NCBI GenBank assembly: GCA_964650355.1
Contig: CAZYTL010000007.1
Coordinates: 4,455 to 68,454, forward strand
Direction of reading: 5' to 3'
Length of the DNA: 64,000 nucleotides
Source: an uncultured Gammaproteobacteria bacterium
Lineage (GTDB): Bacteria; Patescibacteriota; Microgenomatia; CAYXHB01; CAZYTL01
This document shows, piece by piece, positions 27,075 to 35,486 of the stretch. A program made the translations under genes and the position numbers. Under the pieces are notes generated by a model. That model ran no database searches. It was not told the DNA's origin and worked only from the letters and a program-made list of their open reading frames with translations. How positions within the stretch are numbered: position 1 is the stretch's first letter; each line of letters opens with the position of its first letter.

Positions 27075-28436
27075 CTATGTTTTTGCGGTTGGATGAACAT
27101 ACAACACTCTAATCAGACTCCTAGTGACAATGATTCCGGTAAATAGCCCTAAAAATATTCCTAAACCAAGGGTCAAGGCAAAGCCTCTTACCGGCCCGGA
27201 AGTGTTGAGAAACGCCCAGTTAAATGGATTAAACAACACAAAGCAGGCAATCAAGGTGCAAACATTGGCATCGCGGATAGAGTCAAGAGCGCGGCCAAAA
27301 GCCAATTCCATGGCTAACTTAACCGGACGCTTCATTCTGATTTCCTCTTTATACCTTTCGAAGATTAAGATATTGGCGTCCACGGCCATGCCCACGGATA
27401 AAATAAAGCCAGCGATGCCTGGTAAAGTCAGGGTGACCCCCATTAACTTATACAGGGCCAATGTGAGGATGCCATATATGATCAGGCCGATATCAGCTAG
27501 CAGTCCCAGCCAGCCATAATAAGCAAACATAAAGCCGATTACTAATCCTAAGCCAATCAGTCCGGCAATAATGCTTTTATTAATGGTGTCCTGACCTAGA
27601 GTGGCACCAACAGTTCGTTGAGACACTAGCTCTATGGGCACAGGCAGTGCCCCTGCATTCAACTGAATAGCTAATTGTTTGGCTTGCTCCAGGGTAAAGT
27701 TGCCGGTAATGATCGCCTGGCCGGTGGTGATGGCGGTTTTAACGACCGGTGCACTGACGGGCTGGTTGTCTAAAAAGATGGCTAATTGTTTACCTACCAG
27801 TTCTGTAGTCAGCTGGGCAAATTTTTGAGTTCCTTCGCTATTGAATTCTATACCCACCACTGGTTCACCGGTATTGCGGTCAAATTGGACTTGGGCCCTG
27901 ACCAAGTCCTTACCAGTTAAACCCGTAGACTCGAACAGGTTGGTGACTTCGGCTGAACCGTCCAGTTGAGCACTGGGAGAACTTTCTTTAAGGCGGCGAA
28001 AATCTAACTGAGCTGTTTGCCCGACGACTTGGACTGCTTGAGTGACGTCTGAAACTCCTGGTAATTCAACTATTAACCGATACTGATCACCAACTTGAGC
28101 GGTTTGGACTAGGGCTTCGCTAACTCCCAGTAAATTCACCCGGCGTTCGATGGTATCTTTGGTTGATTCTAAGGCAGAAACTCGATCCTGCTCGGCTATG
28201 CCTTTCATATCAGCTACGAATAGCAAGTGACTCCCCCCTTGAATATCTAATCCGGTTTTAAGTGGCCAACGAGCCAGACTCAAGGGTGGAGGAAAGTACT
28301 GCTTATTAAATTGCTGATGAATTTTGATTGTCTTCAAGTCCAGATTAATGGGGAATTGGTCCGGCAAAGCTATCCACAAAGCGGTTAACGTGAGAATGAT
28401 CACGATTAAAAGGGTAAGTCCAGGTCTGTCTTTCAT
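27075..28436 (-). CDS. secD: protein translocase subunit SecD
   Basis: GLDIQGGS and GATLGQD motifs, with a periplasmic domain and a C-terminal 6-TM domain. Confidence 0.85.
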   Translation of the reverse strand: MKDRPGLTLLIVIILTLTALWIALPDQFPINLDLKTIKIHQQFNKQYFPPPLSLARWPLKTGLDIQGGSHLLFVADMKGIAEQDRVSALESTKDTIERRVNLLGVSEALVQTAQVGDQYRLIVELPGVSDVTQAVQVVGQTAQLDFRRLKESSPSAQLDGSAEVTNLFESTGLTGKDLVRAQVQFDRNTGEPVVGIEFNSEGTQKFAQLTTELVGKQLAIFLDNQPVSAPVVKTAITTGQAIITGNFTLEQAKQLAIQLNAGALPVPIELVSQRTVGATLGQDTINKSIIAGLIGLGLVIGFMFAYYGWLGLLADIGLIIYGILTLALYKLMGVTLTLPGIAGFILSVGMAVDANILIFERYKEEIRMKRPVKLAMELAFGRALDSIRDANVCTLIACFVLFNPFNWAFLNTSGPVRGFALTLGLGIFLGLFTGIIVTRSLIRVLYVHPTAKT

Positions 28437-28528
28437 AGCTCAACACTCGTAATTAATTAACTGTTAGTAGTAAAGAAATTGTTATTATTTGGGATTATCA
28501 GCAAAATAAAGGAATTGATCCAGGGAGA

Positions 28529-28753
28529 TTAAGCGGTGGATACGTCACTCTGGTTATCTTTGTCCCGTGAAGAAGCCAACAAGGGTAATTGTTTGGCATC
28601 TGGAAATTCATAGGTGATTTTGCTTTCATGCCAAGAAGGTTGGCAGATGGCTGTTTGCCCGACTGCCAGCCCCAATCGTCTGACAATTTTGGCAGGAATG
28701 CTGATTGCCAGACTGTTCCCGGTTTTGAAAATTGTTTGTTTACGGGAAGACAT
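28529..28753 (-). CDS. AbrB/MazE/SpoVT-family DNA-binding protein (antitoxin-like, orphan)
   Basis: The swapped-hairpin signature KTGNSLAISIPAKIV. No toxin partner is present downstream. Confidence 0.55.
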   Translation of the reverse strand: MSSRKQTIFKTGNSLAISIPAKIVRRLGLAVGQTAICQPSWHESKITYEFPDAKQLPLLASSRDKDNQSDVSTA

Positions 28754-28841
28754 AAATTATGCTGCGCGAAAATTGGCAGGAAAGCTTTTGGTCTAAATGT
28801 TTTTGCCCCACTTTAATTAATTAAATTATACACCTTTTGAT

Positions 28842-29435
28842 TTAGTTTAGTAACTTTCGTTCGCTGCCGATGATCATTACTCTGGACTGGGAAAGAATGG
28901 ACGCCAGAAATGGATCCCGGCCTTTTTTTCTGGTCTCTAATTCTTGATCTGTCATGACGGTATAATTGATTTCTTGTTTACGACGGGCTTCTTCCGCTTG
29001 AATTAAAGTGGTGATTTCCGGTAAGACGATATCCCCCACGAATAAAACTTCTACTTCCTCCGGAGATTCTTTGGGAAGATAATGGGCAAATCTTCCCGAA
29101 AACATCACATAACTTAATTTGCCCAATTTGTTGCGTTCTTTGATGATTTGTTTTCCCAATCCAGTGGTTTTCACGACTAGGTGAGAGAGCTCTTCATAAA
29201 AGAGGTAATCTTTACGAAACCAGTAATAAAGGCGATTTCCCCGAAATTCCTTTTTAACCATTTCCGCTCCTTCCATGTGACTGAGTTCCCGGCGCACGGC
29301 ATTAATTTCTTCATCGGTCATCCGGACCAATTGGCGGACATAAAACAGCTCTTCCGGATGGCTAAGAAAAACTTGCAGTAATTTAACCCGGACTTTGGAA
29401 ATGAATAAGTCTGTGAGTCGAGGGGTCATACGCAA
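28842..29435 (-). CDS. putative winged-helix DNA-binding protein
   Basis: N-terminal wHTH-like segment LLQVFLSHPEELFYVRQLVRMT. The remainder is unassigned. Confidence 0.35.
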   Translation of the reverse strand: MRMTPRLTDLFISKVRVKLLQVFLSHPEELFYVRQLVRMTDEEINAVRRELSHMEGAEMVKKEFRGNRLYYWFRKDYLFYEELSHLVVKTTGLGKQIIKERNKLGKLSYVMFSGRFAHYLPKESPEEVEVLFVGDIVLPEITTLIQAEEARRKQEINYTVMTDQELETRKKGRDPFLASILSQSRVMIIGSERKLLN

Positions 29436-29544
29436 TAATTGCGGACAGGAAAGGGGTTACGAAGCAGGTCGCGGGCTGCGGGCAGGTTAAATCTTTGGTA
29501 TGGATAAAACCCGGCGTTGTTACCTAAACCGTAACCCAGACTAA

Positions 29545-30753
29545 TTAATAATCAACTTTTTTACCAGAGGGCAGAATACTGATCCAAATTACTCCTGGAT
29601 TAAATTCAATTTCTTTTCCTGAGGAATCAGTAAATATGGTGCGGTCGGTACGAGACTTTTTGCGCCAATTGGCTTGAATGGCTTGGCCGTCCTTGAAGAC
29701 GAGAGCTTTACCGGTACCGGTATCTTTATAGAGTAAATGCAGGTTTCTTTCATAACCGTCGTTGGCCCGAGATTCTACCATAAAGGCGACCACCACATTT
29801 TTAGCTGTCAACTGTTGGTTAAAATCTAAGTCCAGATGCGGCTGGCCACCGTTGTTGCGTAAATATTGGTTGTTCTCAGAGTCGTATTGCCATTCTACCC
29901 GATAATTTGGTGAGTCTTGATTGTCCCAAAAATTGTAAGCCGGAGCTGTCTCTCCTTTCTCGCTAGGTTCTTCCTGAGTGAATTTCCAGGGTTGATATGT
30001 TTCACTCCAGAGTTGGCCGTCTTCGTCTTTGTAAGTTAATCCTCTTTTAGCACCCACTTCCCAGAGTTTATCCGTGGTGGAGTACATGGTATGTTCAGTA
30101 GCCACTTCTTTGCCTAACCGATCATAGTCACGCCAAAAGGTAGGAAAGCCGACTGAAAATTGATTGATGTCGTTGTAGGCTTCCCAGCCGTATTTGCGAA
30201 TTTGGCCTAAGGCATCTGCTTTTGCCCCGTTCAGACATCCGGATCCGGTCCGAGGGTCACAGTTACCACCTCCGACGTGGACGTATAATGGAGAAACGCC
30301 GTATTCGGAAATCCAGTCTAAAAAGTAAGTACGCGCTGATCTGACAGGTCCTACCTGAACATCCTCGGCAGAAGCCCCGCAAAGATATATCGCAAGGAAA
30401 CGGGTAATGCCTCCTTCAGCCACGGCTTCGTAGACTATATCCGCCCGAGAGAGACCTGACTGGGGTCGGGCATCAAGGCTGTTTTCAATCATCACCCCCA
30501 TCGGTCGCCTGGTTGACCAGATATCTTTTTCTGCTTTGGTATATAGTTTGTTGTTCAGAGGACAGGCTTCGGTTTTGGGTGCTGATAAGTCGACCTTGAC
30601 TCTTTGCTCTGCGGTAGGAACAGTTAAATCGGGGCTGTCAACCAGCTGGGGATTGGAATTTTGCAAATAACTAAAAGCCGCATAGGAAATGCCGGTGGAG
30701 ACTAAATATAAACCTAGCCCCGCCAGTAAGGTGATTAATTTGGGTTTGTTCAT
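29545..30753 (-). CDS. secreted/lipoprotein-like protein, DUF3048 (YerB)-like
   Basis: Signal peptide. GITRFLAIY and RSARTYFLDW segments resemble DUF3048. The assignment is weak. Confidence 0.4.
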   Translation of the reverse strand: MNKPKLITLLAGLGLYLVSTGISYAAFSYLQNSNPQLVDSPDLTVPTAEQRVKVDLSAPKTEACPLNNKLYTKAEKDIWSTRRPMGVMIENSLDARPQSGLSRADIVYEAVAEGGITRFLAIYLCGASAEDVQVGPVRSARTYFLDWISEYGVSPLYVHVGGGNCDPRTGSGCLNGAKADALGQIRKYGWEAYNDINQFSVGFPTFWRDYDRLGKEVATEHTMYSTTDKLWEVGAKRGLTYKDEDGQLWSETYQPWKFTQEEPSEKGETAPAYNFWDNQDSPNYRVEWQYDSENNQYLRNNGGQPHLDLDFNQQLTAKNVVVAFMVESRANDGYERNLHLLYKDTGTGKALVFKDGQAIQANWRKKSRTDRTIFTDSSGKEIEFNPGVIWISILPSGKKVDY

Positions 30754-30932
30754 GGTATTTAGAAATTTATTTTGAGTAACATGTGTATTCTATGTGGTGA
30801 TTTTCTGCTCTGTCAATAACGGAATTTTACTGGTCAGTGTGGTATAGAGGTAGTCCTAGCTTGGCTTGAACGAGCACGATTGAAACTGGCTGGTAGGGTT
30901 GTTTTGAAAGAACGACAACAAAGTAGTATATT

Positions 30933-31199
30933 ATGGCTATGGGAAAGAAAAGAAAGACTAGAAAGCAAAAACTCCTTTCTCGGCAGAGAAAAAAACAGTT
31001 AGAGTCACCGCAAGTGAAGCCGTCTGTGCCTGATGATCAGATGTCTACTATAATTAAGTCTGAAAAAAATGAGCCGAGGATTGACAGCTCTATTTATGCT
31101 TATCCCGTCAATTTAATCAAACGGGATCTGGTTAAATCCTTGGGACTAGCTCTAATAGCTACTTTAATATTAGGGCTATTTTATTATTTCCTGCCTTAA
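30933..31199 (+). CDS. small basic protein with a C-terminal TM
   Basis: KR-rich N-terminus. The promoter TTGAAA-17-TATATT abuts the ATG, so the transcript may be leaderless. Confidence 0.35.
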   Translation: MAMGKKRKTRKQKLLSRQRKKQLESPQVKPSVPDDQMSTIIKSEKNEPRIDSSIYAYPVNLIKRDLVKSLGLALIATLILGLFYYFLP

Positions 31200-31213
31200 G
31201 TTGTGATATTTGC

Positions 31214-31378
31214 CTACCAACGGATGATACCATATCTGGCTAGGATAAAGATCATAAAGATGGCGACAGCAATAATTCCGAGTAACGCTCTGGTAATACT
31301 CTGCTGAAGTTCAAATTCCCCTTCTATCTTAGTAGAAAATTTTGCGCTACTAGTGGTCTCGGGCTTTTTTTTCGGCAT
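31214..31378 (-). CDS. unannotated small tail-anchored membrane protein (54 aa)
   Basis: My own translation: MPKKKPETTSSAKFSTKIEGEFELQQSITRALLGIIAVAIFMIFILARYGIIRW. A perfect SD (AGGAGGTGAAAATT) sits upstream of the ATG. Confidence 0.4.
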   Translation of the reverse strand: MPKKKPETTSSAKFSTKIEGEFELQQSITRALLGIIAVAIFMIFILARYGIIRW

Positions 31379-31463
31379 AATTTTCACCTCCTGTCTATAA
31401 TTTAAATCAACTATCTAAGTCTGTTATCATCAGCATAACATCCTGTAAAAATTGCTGTCAATT

Positions 31464-32609
31464 ATGAACGTTAAAAAATTTATCAAGCCGGTTATCATAG
31501 GCGTGATCTTAGCCGTGGTATTGGCGATGGTTCCCGCAGGGGTGGAGCTGAATAAAGCTCTACAACCCAGCCGAGCTGATGATACCGATTTTTCAAAATC
31601 TATTCCAGAGCAAATTACCACGAATCAGATTCTGCCGCCCACGATAACTCCCACACCATTTCCTGAGTTGAGCGTTGATAAAATTTTAGCCGTTTCACGA
31701 AACCAAATCGCCAGCCAAGTCACTGGTTTACCTCAACAGCAAGTGATCCAAGTGATCCTGGTAGGGGACATGATGCTGGGTAGAGCAGTTAATTTTAATA
31801 TGCACCGCAAAGATGATTTTGGTTATCCGGTGGCTAAGGTAGCTGAGAAGTTAAAACAAGCAGATCTGGTGATTGCCAATTTGGAAGCTCCCATTTTAAT
31901 AGACTGCCCATTAACCACGGAAGGAATGAAATTATGTACTGACTACCAGTCCTTGTACACGCTTTATTTTGCCGGGATTGATACGGTGCAATTAGCCAAC
32001 AACCATGTGGCTGATTATGGCCAAGAGGGTATCAAAGAGACCCAGAAATGGGTTGAGTTTCAGGGATTACAGTCGGTGGGATTAGGAAAAGCAGCCATAA
32101 AAGAGATTCGAGGAATTAAGGTAGGAGTGCTGGCCTACAGCCAGGTTTTGCCTGTGGCTAAGGGAGTGGAAACTGCCGATCCGGATCTGTTACAACAGGA
32201 GATTGCTCAGCTAAAACAGGAAGCTGATGTGGTGATAGTAGGCTTTCATTGGGGTAATGAATATCAAGCACAACCGAATGGCCAACAAATCCAGCTGGCC
32301 CATGCGGCAATTGATAGCGGGGCAGACGTGGTATTTGGTCATCATCCTCACTGGATTCAGGGAATAGAAATTTATCAGGGTAAGCCGATTTTCTACTCGC
32401 TGGGAAATTTTGTGTTTGATCAAATGTGGTCCAGAGAGACCAGGGAAGGGTTAGCCGTGGAATTAAATTTTTGGCAGCAAAAACTGGTGGAAGTGAGATT
32501 ACTGCCTACTTTCATGGGTGATTTCTCCCAACCGGATTGGCAGCCGGTGGGAGTTGGGAATGTGACTTTGGGAAGAGTAGAAAAACTAAGCCAGAGTCTG
32601 GGTAAGTGA
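31464..32609 (+). CDS. CapA/PGA_cap family metallophosphatase-like protein
   Basis: LVGDMMLGR and ANLEAP motifs. Secreted/anchored N-terminus. The ORF-track start at 31452 is a TTG, so the ATG at 31464 is preferred. Confidence 0.65.
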   Translation: MNVKKFIKPVIIGVILAVVLAMVPAGVELNKALQPSRADDTDFSKSIPEQITTNQILPPTITPTPFPELSVDKILAVSRNQIASQVTGLPQQQVIQVILVGDMMLGRAVNFNMHRKDDFGYPVAKVAEKLKQADLVIANLEAPILIDCPLTTEGMKLCTDYQSLYTLYFAGIDTVQLANNHVADYGQEGIKETQKWVEFQGLQSVGLGKAAIKEIRGIKVGVLAYSQVLPVAKGVETADPDLLQQEIAQLKQEADVVIVGFHWGNEYQAQPNGQQIQLAHAAIDSGADVVFGHHPHWIQGIEIYQGKPIFYSLGNFVFDQMWSRETREGLAVELNFWQQKLVEVRLLPTFMGDFSQPDWQPVGVGNVTLGRVEKLSQSLGK

Positions 32610-33818
32610 CTTTGTTTTTCTTTCTTTAATTAGATGAAGATAAACACCTAGCCAAAAAATTATTAGTAATAGATTACGCGAACCAATTAATAACATTGGC
32701 CCGGGAGAGACTTCTAATAACAGATGAATCTTGTCAACCGCATAATAAGTCAAATAAGCTGTGGTTAGTCCTTGCATAGAGAGTAATAGACTGAGATAAA
32801 AAAGTACCTGTCGTCTAGTAACTACATGGGACGCATAGCCGTAAATTAACCACAACCCCAAAGGAATCCAGAGCCAGAGTAAATATTGGGGGGATAAGAC
32901 ATTATGGGCGATAAGTAATCCTAAAACCAAAAGTAAACAACTTTGATAAAGCATTTCCGGACGAGATTTAGAAGTCTTACGCAAATAGATGGGTAGGGGC
33001 AATATCAGCGGCAGCCATTTAATTAACTTCAAGAAAGTCCACCAGGCAGGTAACGGGTTAAACATCAGATTGATCGACATATACTCCGGTTGCACACTGG
33101 TATTGATTTGATAACCAAATTGGCTCGCAAGCCACATTAAACTGGCGCTGATGCTTTCAATTTGAGGAGGCCGGCTGATTTGATCCAAAAAACTGTGGCC
33201 AAAACCGACAGCCACCGGCCAGCCGCCCAGATGCCAGATGACAATCAATCCGGGAAAAACAAAGGCCAGCAGGCGAACTAAGTTTAGTTTGGAAAATAGA
33301 GGGCGAGATAAGAATAAAGGCCAAAACAACAGAGGATAGCCCCGGATAACCGCAGCCCAACCCAAAAGAAAATTCTCCAGGACAGGGTGGTAGTTTTGGC
33401 GAGAGAGAAAGGTTGCCAGTAAAATTAAAGCCACTAATAAGTCAGGATTGATAAAGGATTTATTGGCGGTGAGCACTAAAGTGGCGGCGTAGATAATTAA
33501 AAGCAATCTCTGCCATTGAGGTAAGGGGTCGATTTTGGCCGCGATTAACTGATTGAAGAGATAAATAATTACCAGAAAGCTTATCAAGAGAATGGCAAAT
33601 AGCAGGTATCTGAACGTTTCCTCACTCCAGGATAGTTGACGAATGATAATTAAGAAACTTAAAAATCCCGGAGGGTATTCCCAGAAGAAATCCTGATAAG
33701 GTATTTTTCCCGCCAAAAACTGTGAGGAAGTTCGTAGATATTCGATGATCTCAATATTATTGGCTGCGGGGATCAGTAACTTAAGAGCATTGCCAATCAT
33801 ATTAAAATCATAACCCAC
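32586..33818 (-). CDS. polytopic membrane protein, GT87/DUF2029-like (distant fifth relative of the paralog array)
   Basis: DFFWEYPPGFLSF (the YPP motif) and GWAAVIRGYPLLF. About 11 TM helices. Confidence 0.45.
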   Translation of the reverse strand: MGYDFNMIGNALKLLIPAANNIEIIEYLRTSSQFLAGKIPYQDFFWEYPPGFLSFLIIIRQLSWSEETFRYLLFAILLISFLVIIYLFNQLIAAKIDPLPQWQRLLLIIYAATLVLTANKSFINPDLLVALILLATFLSRQNYHPVLENFLLGWAAVIRGYPLLFWPLFLSRPLFSKLNLVRLLAFVFPGLIVIWHLGGWPVAVGFGHSFLDQISRPPQIESISASLMWLASQFGYQINTSVQPEYMSINLMFNPLPAWWTFLKLIKWLPLILPLPIYLRKTSKSRPEMLYQSCLLLVLGLLIAHNVLSPQYLLWLWIPLGLWLIYGYASHVVTRRQVLFYLSLLLSMQGLTTAYLTYYAVDKIHLLLEVSPGPMLLIGSRNLLLIIFWLGVYLHLIKERKTKSLTQTLA

Positions 33819-33848
33819 TTGGCTCTCAAATTCTCACAGTAACTTTGG

Positions 33849-33854
33849 TATAAT
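33849..33854 (+). promoter_or_regulatory. extended -10 promoter (TGgTATAAT) driving the tRNA-Leu locus
   Basis: TTTGGTATAAT lies 14 nt upstream of the first tRNA-Leu 5' fragment. Confidence 0.45.
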
Positions 33855-33868
33855 TTAGCTTGTTATCC

Positions 33869-33940
33869 GCCGAGGTGGTGAAATTGGCCCGCCTCGCGTC
33901 GACTCGTCGAGTCTTCGCGAGTCGAGGCGGGTAGACACGC
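33869..33940 (+). repeat. duplicated 5' part of tRNA-Leu (nt 1-19, then a 44-nt GC-rich palindromic insertion, then nt 20-28)
   Basis: GCCGAGGTGGTGAAATTGG, then [CCCGCCTCGCGTCGACTCGTCGAGTCTTCGCGAGTCGAGGCGGG], then TAGACACGC. This is identical to the 5' end of the intact tRNA at 34240, except for the hairpin insert. Confidence 0.6.
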
Positions 33941-33941
33941 T

Positions 33942-34190
33942 ATGTACTATGTTTATATTCTGTATAGTAAAAATTTTAACAAAATCTATATCGGAATAAC
34001 TTCCGATCTTAAAAGAAGACTTTATCAGCATAATCAAGGATATACTATTTACTCAAAAAGATATCGTCCTTGGGTAATTCTATACACAGAAAAATATTCT
34101 AATAGAAATGACGCCAGAAAGAGAGAAAGGTATCTCAAATCAGCAGCTGGCAGAAAGTGGATTAGAAGATGTGTTTTTAAATCTAAATAA
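33942..34190 (+). CDS. GIY-YIG nuclease family protein (YhbQ/UPF0213-like, free-standing)
   Basis: YVYILYS..KIYIGITSDLKRRLYQHNQG....YRPWVILYTE......ARKRERYLK, with the GIY and YIG motifs plus the Arg and Glu of the catalytic core. 82 aa. Confidence 0.7.
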   Translation: MYYVYILYSKNFNKIYIGITSDLKRRLYQHNQGYTIYSKRYRPWVILYTEKYSNRNDARKRERYLKSAAGRKWIRRCVFKSK

Positions 34191-34239
34191 TTAATGGAAT
34201 CGATTTTTAATAGTGATCTTTAATCCGTCGATTCCACGA

Positions 34240-34324
34240 GCCGAGGTGGTGAAATTGGTAGACACGCAGGCTTGAGGGGCCTGTGGGCGAATAGCCCGTG
34301 GAGGTTCAAGTCCTCTCCTCGGCA
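34240..34324 (+). tRNA. tRNA-Leu (anticodon GAG), class II with a long variable arm
   Basis: Acceptor GCCGAGG/CCTCGGC, discriminator A. Anticodon stem-loop CAGGC-TTGAGGG-GCCTG. Variable arm TGGGCGAATAGCCCGT. T-arm GGAGG-TTCAAGT-CCTCT. No encoded CCA. Confidence 0.85.
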
Positions 34325-34390
34325 CTTCTGCAAAGCAGAATTGCGTCAATTCGGCATTGGGTTGGATAACAAAAATTCTGCTTTGCAGAA
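34325..34390 (+). repeat. perfect 18-bp inverted repeat (CTTCTGCAAAGCAGAATT...AATTCTGCTTTGCAGAAG) with a 31-nt loop that fills the tRNA-Leu/tRNA-Val spacer
   Basis: The two arms are exact reverse complements. The element abuts both tRNAs. Confidence 0.6.
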
Positions 34391-34467
34391 GGATCCGTAG
34401 CTCAGTTGGCCAGAGCGCTTGGTTTACATCCATGAGGTCGCAGGTTCGAGCCCTGCCGGATCCACCA
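34391..34467 (+). tRNA. tRNA-Val (anticodon TAC), CCA encoded
   Basis: Acceptor GGATCCG/CGGATCC, D-arm GCTC-AGTTGGCCA-GAGC, anticodon loop TTTACAT, T-arm GCAGG-TTCGAGC-CCTGC, ACCA 3' end. One U.U mismatch in the anticodon stem. Confidence 0.7.
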
Positions 34468-34502
34468 GTGAAGAGGAATAATGTTTACTATAATCATTAC
34501 AG

Positions 34503-34901
34503 ATGCCGCTAAATACAGCTGAAAAAGACCGGCTGCTGCAAACCGAAATTGTATATTTGGCCACTGCGGATTTGAAAGGCAATCCTCACGTAAAGCCGAT
34601 TTGGTTTGTTTATCACCAGGGTAAAATTTGGTTTGAAACTCATTTGCCAACCCGGGCGTTTAGGAACATTAAAGAAAATAACAAGATCATGCTTTGCTTC
34701 GGCGGCAGGGAAACTTACTTAGTTTGGGGGAAGGTGAAGTGGTATGAGGAAAAGAACAGCCCTGTGCCTTTTAGAGAACTGCTTTGGGATAAATATGGAG
34801 AAGATATGGATGACAGTTACATAACAGAGAAAACAAGAATTTTTGAAGTCATCATTGAAAAAGAAACTTCTTGGCATTACGCCGATCAAGATTGGGAGTG
34901 A
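34503..34901 (+). CDS. pyridoxamine 5'-phosphate oxidase-like FMN-binding family protein
   Basis: VYLATADLKGNPHVKPIWFVY..GKIWFET pattern of the PNPOx-like split barrel. Confidence 0.6.
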   Translation: MPLNTAEKDRLLQTEIVYLATADLKGNPHVKPIWFVYHQGKIWFETHLPTRAFRNIKENNKIMLCFGGRETYLVWGKVKWYEEKNSPVPFRELLWDKYGEDMDDSYITEKTRIFEVIIEKETSWHYADQDWE

Positions 34902-34973
34902 AAGCGATTCGCATCTGAGGCGAATTAGTGGCCAGGGGTGGTATTTAAAGGGGGTTTACGTTAACATGAGGTT

Positions 34974-35486
34974 ATGAATCTTAAAGTTTTGGGTTTGATT
35001 GCTGCCGGGTCGTTGCTGTTTACGATTCTGGCTTTTGTATTGACTGCGAGAAAACCAGCCGGGCAAACTCCTGCGACCGGAGAGTCTCCCACGCCAGCGT
35101 TGACCTTGATTCCCACCCTGGATCCCCAACAGCCTCCCAGCGAAGGAAAAGCCAAGATTACCGGATACGTTTGCCCACTCACTACCGGCAATTTGGATCA
35201 GGGAGTAACCGTGGTAGCGGAAAAGATTCCCAGCCGGGAAAGATTTACTTTTTATATTCAAGGGCCGATTACTCAAGATACGGTTTATGCCATGGAAATT
35301 GATCCGGGCACTTATGAAGTTTATTCGGAAATCGCTAATCGAAGGAAGTTAGGTTTATATAGTAAATATGTGCTCTGTGGTCTGGATCCTGAGAGGTGCT
35401 TGGATCATGCCTTACTGCAATTTGAAATTCCCCAGGGCCAACTGCTGACAGATGTTGATGTTTGCGACTATGATTGGTTCAAGTGA
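34974..35486 (+). CDS. secreted hypothetical protein
   Basis: Signal/TM, then a Pro-rich linker, then a globular domain. Overlaps the next gene by 13 nt. Confidence 0.4.
   Translation: MNLKVLGLIAAGSLLFTILAFVLTARKPAGQTPATGESPTPALTLIPTLDPQQPPSEGKAKITGYVCPLTTGNLDQGVTVVAEKIPSRERFTFYIQGPITQDTVYAMEIDPGTYEVYSEIANRRKLGLYSKYVLCGLDPERCLDHALLQFEIPQGQLLTDVDVCDYDWFK

Noticed and set aside
28589-28816. 75-aa and 60-aa + strand ORFs as possible toxin partners of the AbrB-like gene
   Set aside because: They are antisense to the AbrB-like CDS and Cys-rich, with no RBS. I called no toxin.
33869-34324. Group I intron in tRNA-Leu
   Set aside because: The downstream tRNA copy is intact and contiguous. The insertion point (D-loop) is not the anticodon-loop site of known bacterial tRNA group I introns. 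I could recognise no P/Q/R/S core. The insertion/duplication model is kept as primary.
34191-34650. ORFs 34191..34433 (-) and 34402..34650 (-)
   Set aside because: They overlap the tRNA-Leu, hairpin and tRNA-Val sequences, so they are artefactual.
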